DNA of 64,000 nucleotides from the human T2T-CHM13v2.0 reference genome, Homo sapiens. The notes beneath the pieces were generated by a model. It was not told the DNA's origin, made no database searches, and worked only from the letters and a program-made list of their open reading frames with translations. Position 1 is the stretch's first letter. Each line of letters begins with the position of its first letter. The stretch lies in assembly GCF_009914755.1 (NCBI RefSeq), contig NC_060933.1; one strand, written 5' to 3'. This document shows positions 37,615-50,395 of the stretch, in pieces. A program made the translations under genes and the position numbers.

Positions 37615-39135
37615 AACATCAAAAGGATGATCTACAATGGAAAAAACAAATAAATCTGTCCTGATCAAAATTTAAAACTGTTAACTAAATGTTTGTGGAA
37701 TGTTTGTTCAGCAAAAGTCCATCTAAAAGGATGAGAAGCAAAGCTACAGAATGGGAGAAATGTTTGCAAAGCACATATCCAATAAAGGACTAGTTTTTAG
37801 AATAGCTAGAGAACTCTTCAAAACTCAAAAACATAAATGAGTCAATTAGAAAATGGGCAAAATACATGAACAGACATAGAGGTTCACTATGACAGTTGTA
37901 CATACTGTATAAAAAGAAGTTTTATACATATGGCAATAAGAATATGAAAAGATGTTCAGTGTCATTACACATTAGGGAAACTCAAGCTAAAAGCACAATG
38001 AGATATCACTACAAACCTATCAGAATAGTTTTCTATTCTGAAAAACCTATCAGAATAGTAGGAACACCAAATACTGGAGTGAATTTAGAGAAACTAGATT
38101 GCTCACACATTGCTGTTGGGAATGTAAAATGGTACAACAGCTCTGGAAAGCAGTTTGCCAGTTTCTTTTAAAATAAAACATGCAAATAGTATAAAGTCCA
38201 GAAACTGTACTCCTGAGAATTTTTTTTTTTTTGAAACAGAGTTTCACTCTTATTGCCCAGGCTGGAGGGCAATGGCACGATTTCGGCTCACCACAACCTC
38301 TGCCTCCCGGATTGAAGCGATTCTCCTGCCTCAGCCTCTGAGTAGCTGGGATTCCAGGCATGCACCACCACACCCGGCTAATTTTGTATTTTTAGTAGAG
38401 GCGAGATTTCTCCATGTTAGTCAGGCTGGTCTTGAACTCCCAACCTCAGGCGATCCACCCGCCTCGGCCTCCCAAGGTGTTGGGATTACAGGAGTGAGCC
38501 ACTGCGCCCAGCCTAGCCCAGGTATTTTTCAGTGGGTTAATGGTTAAACAATCTGTGGTACATTCACACCATGGAATACTACTCAGCAATAAAATGGAAG
38601 TAACTATTGATATGCACAATAACTTGGTTGAATCTCCAGGAGATTATGCTGAGTGTTAAAAGCCAAAAAGTTATATATTTTATAGTTCCATTTATATAAT
38701 ACTTTCGAAATAATAACATTTTAGAAGTGGAGAACAGCTTAATTGCTGCCAGGGGTTTAGGAATGAAGAGAGTTGGTGAGTGCGGTTTAAAAGAACAACT
38801 CAAGGGATACTTGGGAACATTTGAGGGACACGGGCTACTTGGGACATTAAGGAATACCTGGGGATAGCTGCTGTTCTGTTTGTTGACTATGATGGCAGAT
38901 ATAGAAACCTGCACAGGTGATAAAATTGTGTAGAATTAAAGATACACATATATACACACAGAAGTATGAATATAGCTGGGAAAATCTGGAAAATATTGGT
39001 GAATAATATAAATGAAAATATCCTGTGATACTGTACCATAATTTTGCAAGATGATACTCTTGGGGGATGCTGGGAAAAGGGTACATGACATCTCTATACT
39101 ATTTCTTATAATTGTATATGATTCTACAGTGATAA
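37615..39135 (+). mobile_element. L1MD ORF2-end/3'UTR, interrupted by AluSp
   Basis: agctacagaatgggagaaa...ggaatgtaaaatggtacaac...tggaatactactcagcaataaa; L1MD-type tail gtgataaaattgtgtagaatt...ttttgcaagatg...gggtacatgacatctct. Confidence 0.8.
38220..38513 (-). mobile_element. AluSp
   Basis: Sp diagnostics gagtttcactcttattgccc, caccacaacc, tttctccatgtt, ctcccaacctcagg; no clear TSD. Confidence 0.92.
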
Positions 39136-40070
39136 AGAGATAAATATACAGATCATTCTAGAACTTAGAGAAAGATGTGGAGGATGCCAATTTATTGTTA
39201 ATGGTAGTATAACCATGATTCTAAAATTGAACAAAATACTATAAAGAAAATAATTATATTTCATCCTCAACTGAACCTTCCGGGATTCTAGAAGGATTTA
39301 CCCTTGATAAGGAGGAGCTAGAACAACTATTTTCAGGGAGCCAAGGAAGTAGCCAAAATGCCTGTTTCTGGTCAGGGTTTTAAGTGGTGAAAAAAAGTCT
39401 CCCAGAAAAAATCAAAACTTAATACCTCAGCCCTCACTGATCTGCAGACCCTATTTAAACGCTCATCGAAGCCCTGGAATCTCCAAGCAAACCAAGCAAA
39501 CTAAAATTTTTAGACTTTTGCCAACCCAGATGCAAAATCCTTTTATAAATATCATACAACAGGGGTTCACATTATTCCAAAAAAAAATGAAAAAAAAAAT
39601 CCAACACTCTGAAAAGTAACCACAATAAAAAACTTAAAACCACACAAGTAAACAATCCACAATGTGGGAGCACTCAAAAGACAACAATAAATAGGAGTAT
39701 TTTTACCCCTTGAATATGGTAGAAAATAGAATACGATAAAATTGATGATAAACTGAATAAGCTTACATTTTTTCTTTAAAGAAGGAGAACATAAACCATA
39801 AGTGGAAGAAAAATTAAATTTGAAAAAGAAACAAAAGAACATAGATAAATGAAATAAATATAATTAAAAATCAAAATTCAATGCATGTATTAAATAGCTG
39901 AGGAGACATAGCTGGATACAGACTTTTTTGTTTAATGTGCAATGCCCAGTGCATTGTAACCATTTTTGCTGTTGTTCTCGATATAATTGATTCCACTCCT
40001 CTATAAATATCAATTAGCCATTAATCTTCTCATGCTATGAAATAAAACAATCTACACATTCCACTTTCTG

Positions 40071-40130
40071 AAGAAATCCTGGCCTGATGCAAGAAATCCT
40101 GGCCGGATGCAAGAAATCCTGGCCTGATGC
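40071..40130. repeat. 20-bp x 3 tandem repeat (AAGAAATCCTGGCCTGATGC)
   Basis: Three adjacent copies with one mismatch in copy 2. Confidence 0.97.
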
Positions 40131-41114
40131 TATTTTGGAGAGGCCAGTTCTGGAGCCCAGCAAGGGCCAACAACCCTGTGTATGTTCCTCAAATGAAGGC
40201 TTACCAGACCCATGAGCACATAGCTCTCATCCATCTGTATACTCCATAATTATTACAAGTTTACTTCCAGATAAGAAATACTTTAAAAACCTGTTAATAG
40301 TATACTTAAGAGTATATTGCTTAAAACAGGATGATATTTGTGGTATACACATAGTACCTACACAGGTTTAACTTCAGCCTTAGAAATCTGAAAGTATTAT
40401 TTCCATTGCTTATCCGTTGCAAAACTTGGTGTCTGGAGGGGGGTAAAAAAAAAGGTTTAAGAAATCAATTGACTATTCCCAGCATTATTTTTTCCTTATG
40501 TCTTTGTTTATCTGGGAGAAAAAGGTCATACGTAAAGAGATACAAGCCATATTTGGGTTTAAAAAGATAGTATTGCACTGGTTTTTGATATATATTTTAG
40601 CTGAAGGAAGGTTTTATCATATACTGTAAAATCCTACATCAAAAAATATTGTGGAAAATTGATGGTGACATTAAGTGAACTTATGGACATCTGGTGAGTG
40701 TTTCTTCTCCAGTCCCTAGTCATCCTTCTGTAATTTTCAGGTTCGAGATAAACGCTAGTGTGCTTGTCCATCTGCTCTACCCTGTCTCACCTAACACACT
40801 TATGATAGGTCACCTTGAAAGCATGATTCCTCTTTCCTTCCTTTAAAATTGTGAGTGTCACTAGGGTTGCGTTAACCAGTCCACCTTTTTCTCTATCACT
40901 TCTGTGATATCTATCATTACTCAAGTTAACCTCTGTGCCTTCCAAAGAGTCAGATTTACCAGTTATACTGACTTCTCCTAGATGGCTTTTGCTGTAATGA
41001 GGTGAACACACCTGTATTTCACCATCTGCCCTTCAAAAATCCATTCACATATCTATTCTTCATTGGCCAAGAAAAAAAAAATGCAACAACCTTTACGGAG
41101 TGGCGATTTTGCCC

Positions 41115-41820
41115 TAAGTACTATCACTAAGTAGCAGAAACTTTACATCTGTTATCTGTATTTAACTTCACAGCAAGTTTAAGAAATAAAAATAATAGTC
41201 CCCCATTATCTATGACAGATATGGTCCAAGATTCCCAGGATGCCTGAAACCATGGATAGTACCAAACCCTATAGACACTATGATTTTTTTCTCTCTCTCT
41301 CTATATATATACCTATAATAAATTTAATGTACAAATTAGACACAGTAAATAATACCAGTAACTAATAATTAAGTTATTAGTAAAATATTATTAAATAAAA
41401 TCAGGGTTATGTGAACACAAGCACTGTGATACCACGACAGTCAAGCTGATATCCCAGAAGGCTAAGTGACTAACGAGTGATTAGTGAGCAGTATAGACAG
41501 CATGGATATGCTGGACAAAGAGAGGACTCACATCCCAGGCGGGACAAAGTAGGATGGTGCAAGATTTCATCACACTACTCAGAATGGTGCACAATTTACA
41601 ATTTATAAATTACTTATTCCTGGAACATTCCTTTCAACATTTTTTGGACCTCAGTTGACGGCAGGAAACTGAAATTGCAGAAGGTGAAACTGTAGGTAAG
41701 TAGGGGACTACTGTATTGTTATCTCCCTTTTTCAGAGGGGAGAAATGAAGCACAGAGTGTTACGTAAGTCACTTTCCCAAGGTCATACAGCTGCTAAATG
41801 GTAGATTCGCAGCTCAAATA
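41115..41820 (-). mobile_element. MIR split by MER44
   Basis: Halves at ~41115-41192 and ~41716-41820 (gaaatgaagcacagag...cccaaggtcatacagctgctaaatggtaga). Confidence 0.6.
41193..41713. mobile_element. MER44B-like TcMar-Tigger MITE
   Basis: Terminal inverted repeats tagtcccccattatc / gtaagtaggggactactg followed by TA; internal gcctgaaaccatggatagtaccaaaccc. Confidence 0.85.
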
Positions 41821-41844
41821 TAAATATAAAGCATACAGATGCCT

Positions 41845-42278
41845 TTTTAAAATGTAGACTTGTTTGTTTTGGAATACAATTTACAAATGATGAAGTAAAT
41901 TAATACTAAATGCTCCTTCAATGAATTTTGACAAACACATTCACCTGGGTAACCGGAAGTACTATTGAGATAAATTTACCATGAACCCAGAAATATTCCC
42001 TCTGTCCTTTTCCCAGTAAGTCCCACTCGGCATCTCCACCAGCGACCACTGCTTTGATGTATTTATAGAATGGATTCATCTTATCTAATGTAGAATTTCA
42101 TATCAATTGAATGACACAGTATATGCTTCTTTTTTGTAGAGACTATTTCAATCAGCATAATTTAAAAATTCTTTTTGTGTTGTTTTATGTTTCTGAGTAA
42201 TACTGCATTTTATGAATTTATCAATTTTTCCATTCTCCTATTGATGGACACATAGGCTGGTTACAGTTTTTTGTACTT
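41845..42278 (-). mobile_element. L1ME 3'UTR fragment
   Basis: atgaattttgacaaa...tagaatttcatatcaattgaatgacacagtatatg...ccattctcctattgatggacac. Confidence 0.75.
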
Positions 42279-43574
42279 CTGATTTTTTTATCTTCTGCAA
42301 TATGTTTACTGTAAATTGTCAAGATTTATACTCTTTCTAGTTTATTTTTCTGCAGTATTGTTTACAAGAACTTGAATGAGGTATAAGATCTGATTTAAGA
42401 GACAGGGTAGAGAAGAGTGGGAAGTTGAAGGGAGAGAGGAAACCCTCCTTTCTCTGCTCTGCACACCTCATTGGCACACTTCTCTAGAGCTCAAAGTGAA
42501 GTCTAGCACATAGCCATTTATTTAATTTGCCATAAATTTTAAAAATTATATTAACATTTATGAATCAGTGTTTATTCACTATATTTTATACCCTTAATTA
42601 TCATACATCTAATAAGCCTCTAAAGTAAATTTACATTTGCTGATGCTTTATCAATTAGAAATATCCTTTCTCCTTTTAAGTATACTTAGTAAATATTTCA
42701 ACTTATAAATATGCCCATTTGGTGGTATCATGCAGGCTTCTATTATGGCTCAAATCAAGTTATTATAATTATCTTAAGTTATTCTAAAATCATACAATGG
42801 TTAGGTAATCCCATATTCCCTTTCTCACAGCACATTTTTCCTAATAGTAAACATTTTTATATGTAAATATCTTGAAAACTCTTTAAAAAGAATAATAATT
42901 TTTACACATTGTTGGAAAAATCTATGATCTATAATGACATTCTTTTAATTATCACATCTGCTTTCTCAAAACAGGTGAACAAAAATCTCATTACTTAAAA
43001 AAAAAAATACTTGTCAGAGAGCTTCTAGAGATTATTAAGCCATCACATATTTGAAGGAGAAATATAATCAAGTACACCTATCACAATGACACAGGGTTGC
43101 AGATGATAAATAAGGAGTGTAAGACTTACTGTTTATAGTCATACAAAAGGTGTTATTTTTGTTATCCTCAGTGAGCTGTGTAGATGAGGATGTCATGTGA
43201 AAAATTAAAATGTCATTAAAAGACACTGAACATAAACAGTGAGATCAATAATTCATGATTGCATAGCAAAAGAAACACTGAGGAAGAAGTTGTCTCAGCT
43301 TGTCTCAGGATAACTAGGTTATTCTAGCTAAAGCAATTAAACAGAACTCAACAGACTCTTGGTTCTGTCAGGACATGCCCAGTACGTTCATCATGGACAC
43401 ACAGTGCAAATTTGTGTTATAGCTTAGAGCTGAGGAAAGCAGACCATGAGGAGAGGCCAATGGACTCACCCTGACTGAAATTAGGCTCATAATTTTCTGA
43501 GTTTACCAGGATTGCCCCAGTCTTTTGCCTGGGTCAGCCAGCATAGGATGAAGACAGAGCCAGAATAATGTTAG

Positions 43575-44100
43575 CAGTATGTGCTTAGGAGTCAGAACAG
43601 TGTGGAAATCACAGTCTTTTTCTTAAGTAGCCACGCAGTCTAAACACCTTCTATAAACTCTCTTAGCTTCGACTTCTTCATGTATAAACTGTTCAAGAGG
43701 TTCTTGTGATGATTAAACAATAAAACATAAGTAGGCCGGGCGTGGTGGGTCACGCCTATAATCCCAGTACTTTGGGAGGTCGAGGCAGGCTGATCGCCTG
43801 AGGTCAGGAGTTCGAGACCACCCTGGTCAATATGGCGAAACCCCATCTCTACCAAAAATACAAAAAATTAGCCGGGTGTGGTGGCAGGTGCCTGTAATCC
43901 CAGCTACTTGGGGGGCTGAGGCAGGAGAAATGCTTGAACCCAGGAGGCAGAGGTTGCAGTGAGCCGAGATCACCACTGCACTCCAGCCTGGGCAACAAGA
44001 GCGAAACTCTATCACAAAATAAATACATACATACATATATACATACATACATAAATACATACATAAGTAATTTTCCTAGTAGATGTTCAGTGAACATTAT
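43575..44100 (+). mobile_element. MIR split by AluSq
   Basis: taggagtcagaac...ggttcttgtgatgattaaac before the Alu; tagtagatgttcagtgaac after. Confidence 0.5.
43734..44060 (+). mobile_element. AluSq-like with (ATAC)n tail
   Basis: Full Alu with ggcaacaagagcgaaactc; TSD acataagta at 43725-43733 and 44061-44069. Confidence 0.95.
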
Positions 44101-44158
44101 TCAGATTAGATAGCAGGCATTCTGTGCTTATGATGTTCCAGGTGTTATTCTAGGTGCT

Positions 44159-44690
44159 TGTGGTAAATTGCTATAAAACATTCCCCAAGGGGATCATGCC
44201 CTCCTAATTCAGGCCTTGGGTAGTAGAAGGCATATTCCCTTGCATATTAGATTTGGACTGTCCTTAAAACTGGTTTAGATCAACAGATGACAGAAGTGAC
44301 AGTGGGAAAGTTCTGGGTTCAGGCATTAAGAAGCTTATAGTTTCTGCTTTTACTCTTGCTTTCCTGAGATGTCACATCTTCTTGAATAGAAAAGGTCATA
44401 AACAGACAGAGTGAAATACTGCAAGATGCAAGAAACAGGAAAAAGGAGGCCTGGGCAGTCCCCAGTCACTCCAGTCATCCAAGCCTTGGTGCCAGATATG
44501 TGATACTAAAGCCACAATGAAGCTGTCAAATGACAGAAACCATCAATGAACCCAGAGAACATAACAAGGAGCAAAAACAAGTCAATCAGTGGAGCCTTAC
44601 TCAGATTGCAGAAACATGGCCAAATGAGTGGTTGTTGCTTTAAGCTACTAAGTCTTGCATGGCTTGTTACATGATATTAGTAAAGTGGCA
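44159..44690 (+). mobile_element. MLT1G/H-like solo LTR, apparently inside a MIR
   Basis: tgtggta...cagaagtgacagtg...gccagatatgtga...ggttgttgctttaagctactaagt. Confidence 0.7.
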
Positions 44691-44699
44691 TATTTACTG

Positions 44700-44860
44700 A
44701 TACAGTTAACTTTGTGATCCCCATTTTACAGATGAAGAAATTGACATACAGAGAACTTACATATATTTTCTTAAGTCATACAGCTAAAGCACGGCAGAGC
44801 AAGTATTCTACTGAGGCAGCTTGGCTTCAGAGCTCCCCATGCAATCACCACAGTAAATGG
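44700..44860 (-). mobile_element. MIR
   Basis: atccccattttacagatgaagaaattga...aagtcatacagcta...ggcttcagagc. Confidence 0.75.
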
Positions 44861-45149
44861 CACTCTCTGGACTTAATGTCAGCTTTCTTTCTTTTCTCCT
44901 GAAACAAGCCTACATCTAAAGCTTTAGAGTTATTCAGTCTTTTCAAGTATTTTTATGGAGTCTGACAAAAATTATTTTTTTTTCTTGGGGTTCTCATTGG
45001 TAATGCATCCAATAAAATTAGTTAAGTAAGAGAGTTATAAAATACAAACACACACACAAACACACACACATGCACTTTAAATTTGAACCCTGGCAATGAG
45101 AAGGAAAATAATGTATCCTCGAGGGGAAGTTTTTATGGATATATTCTTT

Positions 45150-45578
45150 AATGGACAATTGCCGCTAGATTTGGGCTACCCAGCACCGATTCCAACATCA
45201 ATTTGTTTTTTTCTGGCATTCCCTCTCAGCAACTAAAAAATGTGTGGTACAGGAGCTGATAACCAATTCTTCTGCACTCGTCCCCTTCCTGAGGCATTAA
45301 CTCATATTGTGAGACAAACACCCTTTCTTCCTATAATTTGGATTATAGTGTCCAGAGAGGACAAGAACACAAGCATTAATTAATTCCAGTAGTACTGCCT
45401 GAATAAAATTGTGAAACAACTCCAGTCACCAAGTTATTTCATTTTTTTCAGCCTTCCTGAAATCCTGAGATCTATCCCTGCCTCAGGTACTTCAAATTAA
45501 TATTCTCTCTCTTTCTTCTCCACTTTTCTCCCTCTCTCTCTTTCAAAGCTAGCAACCAAATAAACCATATTAATACAC
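45150..45578 (+). mobile_element. Possible old ERVL/MaLR LTR remnant
   Basis: Ends gcaaccaaataaaccatattaataca, resembling LTR16/MLT1 termini; family not resolvable. Confidence 0.3.
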
Positions 45579-45799
45579 ATATTCACTTAAATATACTTTT
45601 AGAAATTCTGAAAATCTTAGATATCAACAACCCATAACTGAACTTAGATGTTCAGGGAGGTTAACTATTTAATATACATAAACTTTCCTCAAAACATGTT
45701 GTTCTTGAGGCCCTATGATGCTTTCAAGCATTCAGAACCGTTTGATTAAAAATAAGACTGAATTACAAATGATCAGTATGGCGTATTTCTGCTTATAAA

Positions 45800-46700
45800 A
45801 TTTGACAACAGAAAATCACTACCAAAAAAAGTACTCACTACATAGCAATCTTACCTATGAATACAAAAATAGATGCTAAATAAAATATTATTAAATTATT
45901 CAAACATCATTATAATAATAGACTATGAAACATGTTGGTTTATTCTCAGAATGCAAGGGAGATTTAAAAGTAAGAAATCTTTTAATATGATGTCCCACAT
46001 CAAAATGTAAAAGACAGTTTGTCAATACAGTCCAGTAGAGTCCAATAAAAATAGATATTTTAAGTAAATATATTTGATAACACATTAAATCCATGGTTTA
46101 AAAAAATTAGTTAATTAAAAGTCAAACTTAATTTCTTATGTGAAAAATAGAACTACATGAAATCAAAAGCTAACATCATACTTAAGGACACTATTTCTCA
46201 AATTGCGTTTTGTCAATTTTAATACATCCTGGTAATGAAACATTTCTAGGTTCTAATTGAGTAGGAAATGGTGGTTTTAAAAAATGATGATTTATAAAAG
46301 TCCATTCCAAAAGGGATATATAATTAAGTGCTTCTGAAATTTATTATTTTTTACTTGATAATACATCCTTTCATTATTGAGCCACTTTGGGCAGTACTTT
46401 TCCAAAAAATATATTGGAACAAATGCCATCATAAAGGTCTCCCTATTTCAAGAAAAGATAAAAATGTGCATCTAAACCATTATTATTGACATTTTCCTAT
46501 TAATTTGAGCTTATTTAATGAGAAAAGAAAAATAGAAAATAAGGAATATTGTAAAGGGCAGATAATATTTATTCCAATGTCTTCATGACATGATTGTCTA
46601 ATGGAAACACAAGAACAACAGCCAAAAAGCTATTTGGAATAAAACGAGAGTTTTGTAACAAATAGAAATCATGAATGAAAAGAGTAAATACATAAAAGTG
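45800..46700 (+). mobile_element. Degraded L1M ORF2 (RT) fragments
   Basis: ggtttattctcagaatgcaaggga (GFIP-MQG-like), agctaacatcatacttaa, catgacatgattgtcta (DDMIV-like). Confidence 0.55.
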
Positions 46701-47901
46701 TAAACATTTATTAAAACATCAAAACATGTAAATTCTGACAGAAACCAGCAAATAATAATACAGCAGGAAGAACAAAAGGAATAAATTTCTCCAAAGAATT
46801 CTTTGTCAGTTATGAGGACCCTACTATAGAGATTTTTAAATATTATGAAACTCTAATAAATAATATACCACTTTGTCAGTATAAAATGAATACTGAACTA
46901 TCTCAGAACCTTTATCAAAAATCAATTAACCCATAAATATAAGAGTTTTTTTCTGAAATCTATGTATCTCTAAGTCTAGCTTTATGACAGTACAATACTA
47001 TATTGGTTACTGTAGTTATGGAGTAAGTTTTGAAATCAGAAATAGTGGGTTCCCCAACTTTAATATTATTTTTGAAGATATTTGGGCCTATATATAAGAT
47101 GTATACACATACATCATATTAGTAGAATAAAGGTCAAATATAAATATACATATATATATGTGTGTATATATATATATATTTTTTTTTCTAGATGTTATCA
47201 ACCTTGTTTTCCCAGAATAAATTATTTTACTCATTTGTTATTTAGGAGTGTGTTGTTTAATTTCTATATATGTGTTAATTTCCTTTTGTTTTTGATTTCT
47301 CACTTAATTCCACTGCCCCCAGAAAAATATGTGTTGCGTGATCTTAATATTTTAAAATTATTAAATAAGAATTTCTTAGGTAAAATGTTTTATGGACTAG
47401 TGTATGATCATTCTGGAAAATGCTTCATGTGCTCTCCAATAAATATATATTCTGCTGCTGTTGAACAGTATTCTATAGATATCTGCTAGATCTAGTTTGT
47501 CTGTGGTGTTCATGTTTCTGTCTACTTATTGATTTTCTGTCTAGTGTTTCTATTCATTATGAAAAAAATTGTATTGAAATATCCATGTATATTTTTGAAT
47601 TGTCTATTTCTCCCTTCCATCATATCAGTTTTTGCCTAATGTATTTTAGGAGTCAGTTGACAGAAACATATCTTCCTTTGGAATTTTGTTTCCTGTTATA
47701 CGTAATATATATAAATATATACAAACATACATCTTTAATATTATTGCTGATAGGGCTGGGTTAAAATCTACCATTTTGCTTTTTTGTTTTCTGTTTGTCT
47801 CAAAATCTTTTTTAATTTCTGTTTCTCTCTTTTTTCTTCTTTTGTGTTGTGAGTTTTATACTAAATACTTTAATTATTTAATAATTCTAAACTACATTCT
47901 T

Positions 47902-49667
47902 AAAAAATTGATGTAAAATTGTATATATTTTTTATTCAAAACATGTTTTGAAATATACACACGTTGAGGGATGATTCAATTGAGCTAATTAATACAAACA
48001 TTACTTACATATTGTGAGAACAAATATAATCTACCCATTTAGTGATGTTCAAAATATTATACATTGTTATTAACCATGGTCACCATGTGTACAATAGATC
48101 TTTTGACCTTATTCCTCATATCTAACTGAATTGTATCTAGCCTGAATCCTGAGTCCACAGAGGATGACCTGATGCTGGAATGGGTTGTGACCTTGACTTG
48201 GCAGGGGCATGGCCAGGTGCTGGGATGGTCCTGGTACCTGGTTCCCCTGAGATGGACCTGAAACTGAGTTCACATGAGCTAGTCTTATCTGCATGCAGCC
48301 TACTGGATCCAGGGGTGGGCCTGGGTCTTGAGTCTCCTGGGGTAAACATAGTATCTCAGTTCATGAGGGAGAGCCTAGAACTCAGGTCCACTGAGATAGA
48401 CCTGGATTGTGTCTGCTGGAACATGGGGCAGCCACAGGGACTGGCCTAGCATTGGACAGGACTGTATCCTATGTCCATAGGTGCCAACGTGGTGCATGAA
48501 GTCAGGGGTGGTGACCTGATGCTGGGGCAGACCTAAAAATTCGGCTGTGTGGGCTGACCTTGCTTGGGGTTGGTCTAAAATCTGGGGCTGGCCTAGAACC
48601 CTGGGCCATAGGGGTTGGCCTGGCATTGAGTAGAATCATTCACAGAGGATGGTTGCATGGGTGCTGTCCTGATGAAAAAATCTTCAGTTGTTGGCATGGT
48701 ACTGAGTGGGCCTAATGCCTGTGGCCTTGTGGATACAGCATCCAGAGCCAATGAAGCCAATCTTGCTCTGGGATATACTTGAAGCCTGAGGTTGTGGGGG
48801 CGCTGGTCCAGAGCATAGCACTGCTGGGGTCAGCCTGGTATAGGGTGACCTGGAAACCTAGTCTGTTGGACAGGCCTAAAGCATGGAGCTATAGGATCCC
48901 ACTTGGTACTAGGGTGGATGTGGCAGCTAAGTTCTCCAGGTACTTGCTTAGTGCCTGGGGTTGCAAGGGCTGGCCTGATCCTGGGGCCTGTATCCATGGG
49001 GGTTGGCCTAGAGTCTGGGTCTGCGTGTGCTGCCCTGATGAGTAGGGCTGCAGGAGCTGACCCGGTGTTGGGCTGTCTGAAATCGGAGTCTAGTTTGAAG
49101 CCTGGGGCCTTGGGTTTAGCCTGGTGCTGAGAGGCCTTGGGTCAGCCTGGTTAGCTAGGATTGGAGCCTGGAGCCCCTGCAGTCAGTTTGACAGTGAGGA
49201 AGGCCCAGAAACTAAATCTTCAGGGCATGTCTTGAGCCTAGGACTGTGGGATCCCACCTGGTATCAGGGTGGACCTGAAGCCTTAGTCTTCAGGCACTGC
49301 CTGAAGGCTAAAGCCACATTGGCCTTCCTAGCACTATGTTTTACTATGGTGAACCTGGTCTTGGGGTTTGAGGCAAAATCTAATGCTCACTTATCTCTCC
49401 TTCCCTCATGTGGAGTGCACCTCTTTTCATGCTGTCCTGCCTGGAGTTGGGAGAGGAATAACATATATGTGTAAAAATGTCCATCCTACTCTGCCTTTTT
49501 TTTTTTTTTAAATTTCTGCACTACACACAGGTGCTGTAATCTTTTACCTAGTTTCTTTAGATATTGCCGAAGTATTTTTGTACGCAGATACTTCTTCACA
49601 TTGATGTGTCTGAGGAGGAATGAGTTGTGCAAAGTCCTGTTCTGCCATCTTAGTTATGTTAGTCTCC
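47902..49667 (-). mobile_element. Internally deleted L1MA (L1MA7/8-like): ~1.5 kb 5'UTR fused to ~235 bp 3' end
   Basis: 3'UTR 47902-48136; GC-rich repetitive 5'UTR 48137-49667 ending ttctgccatcttag (L1 start AAGATGGC in sense); TSD ctaaactac(a/t)tt(c/t)tt at 47887-47901 and 49668-49682. Confidence 0.7.
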
Positions 49668-50395
49668 CTAAACTACTTTTTTTTGGAGTTATTTTCTCAG
49701 TGGTTGCGATTGGGCTTTAAACATACATCTTATCTTTTCAAAATTTACTTCAAGTTTATATTGAGTTCCCTGAAATGGAGAAACTCCATTTCCTCTCTAC
49801 TTCTTTGCACTATCTCTCTTATACATACTAAATCTATATCTGTTAATAACCCAACATGTATTTTCACAATTCGTACTTTTTATTATAGTATGTCTTTTAA
49901 AGAACCTGAGAGGAGAAAGAAGAACTACTAGATATTTATATGTTAGTTACATTCACTTTTTGATTAACCCTTTTTGATTAACCTTTTCTGGTTCTCTTAG
50001 TTTATACCTGTGGATTTGTAATACCATTTCAAATTTTCTTACTCAAACACAGTTGTATTTCCTCTTGCCCCCTCTGTGCTATTTTGTCAAATACATTATA
50101 CTTATATTTGTTATAGGACCAATAATTCAATTAAATAATATATTTTATGCAATTCTTTTTTAAAAAGTCAAGAGAAGGAAGTAGAAGAAACATGCAATTA
50201 TATAATCTTTTGTAGTTACCTACATAATTGCCTATATGATATATTTCTTTTTTCATGTAGGTTTGGATTACTGTCTAGTGTCACCTGCTTTCAGACTAAA
50301 TGACTTCTTTAGTATTTTTTTGTAAGGCAAGTCTGCTAGCAATGGATTCTAACAGTTGTTAGTTTTCTATGAGTATCTTCATTCACCATCATTTT

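Noticed and set aside
38050-38547. 107- and 130-aa ORFs (also 21219, 43827, 51838, 57987)
   Set aside because: Translations of Alu sequence; a well-known source of spurious ORFs
40071-40130. CRISPR-like direct repeats
   Set aside because: No spacers, no cas genes, primate genomic context; simple tandem repeat
40741-40850. Plus-strand exon-like segment (ttttcAG...ATT|GTGAGT); similar lone acceptors near 16147, 16543 and 29914
   Set aside because: Moderate signals only and no independent support; expected background in AT-rich DNA
48109-49474. Dense overlapping ORFs in a GC-rich block suggesting a gene or CpG island
   Set aside because: CpG-poor L1 5'UTR repeat array; high GC lowers stop-codon frequency
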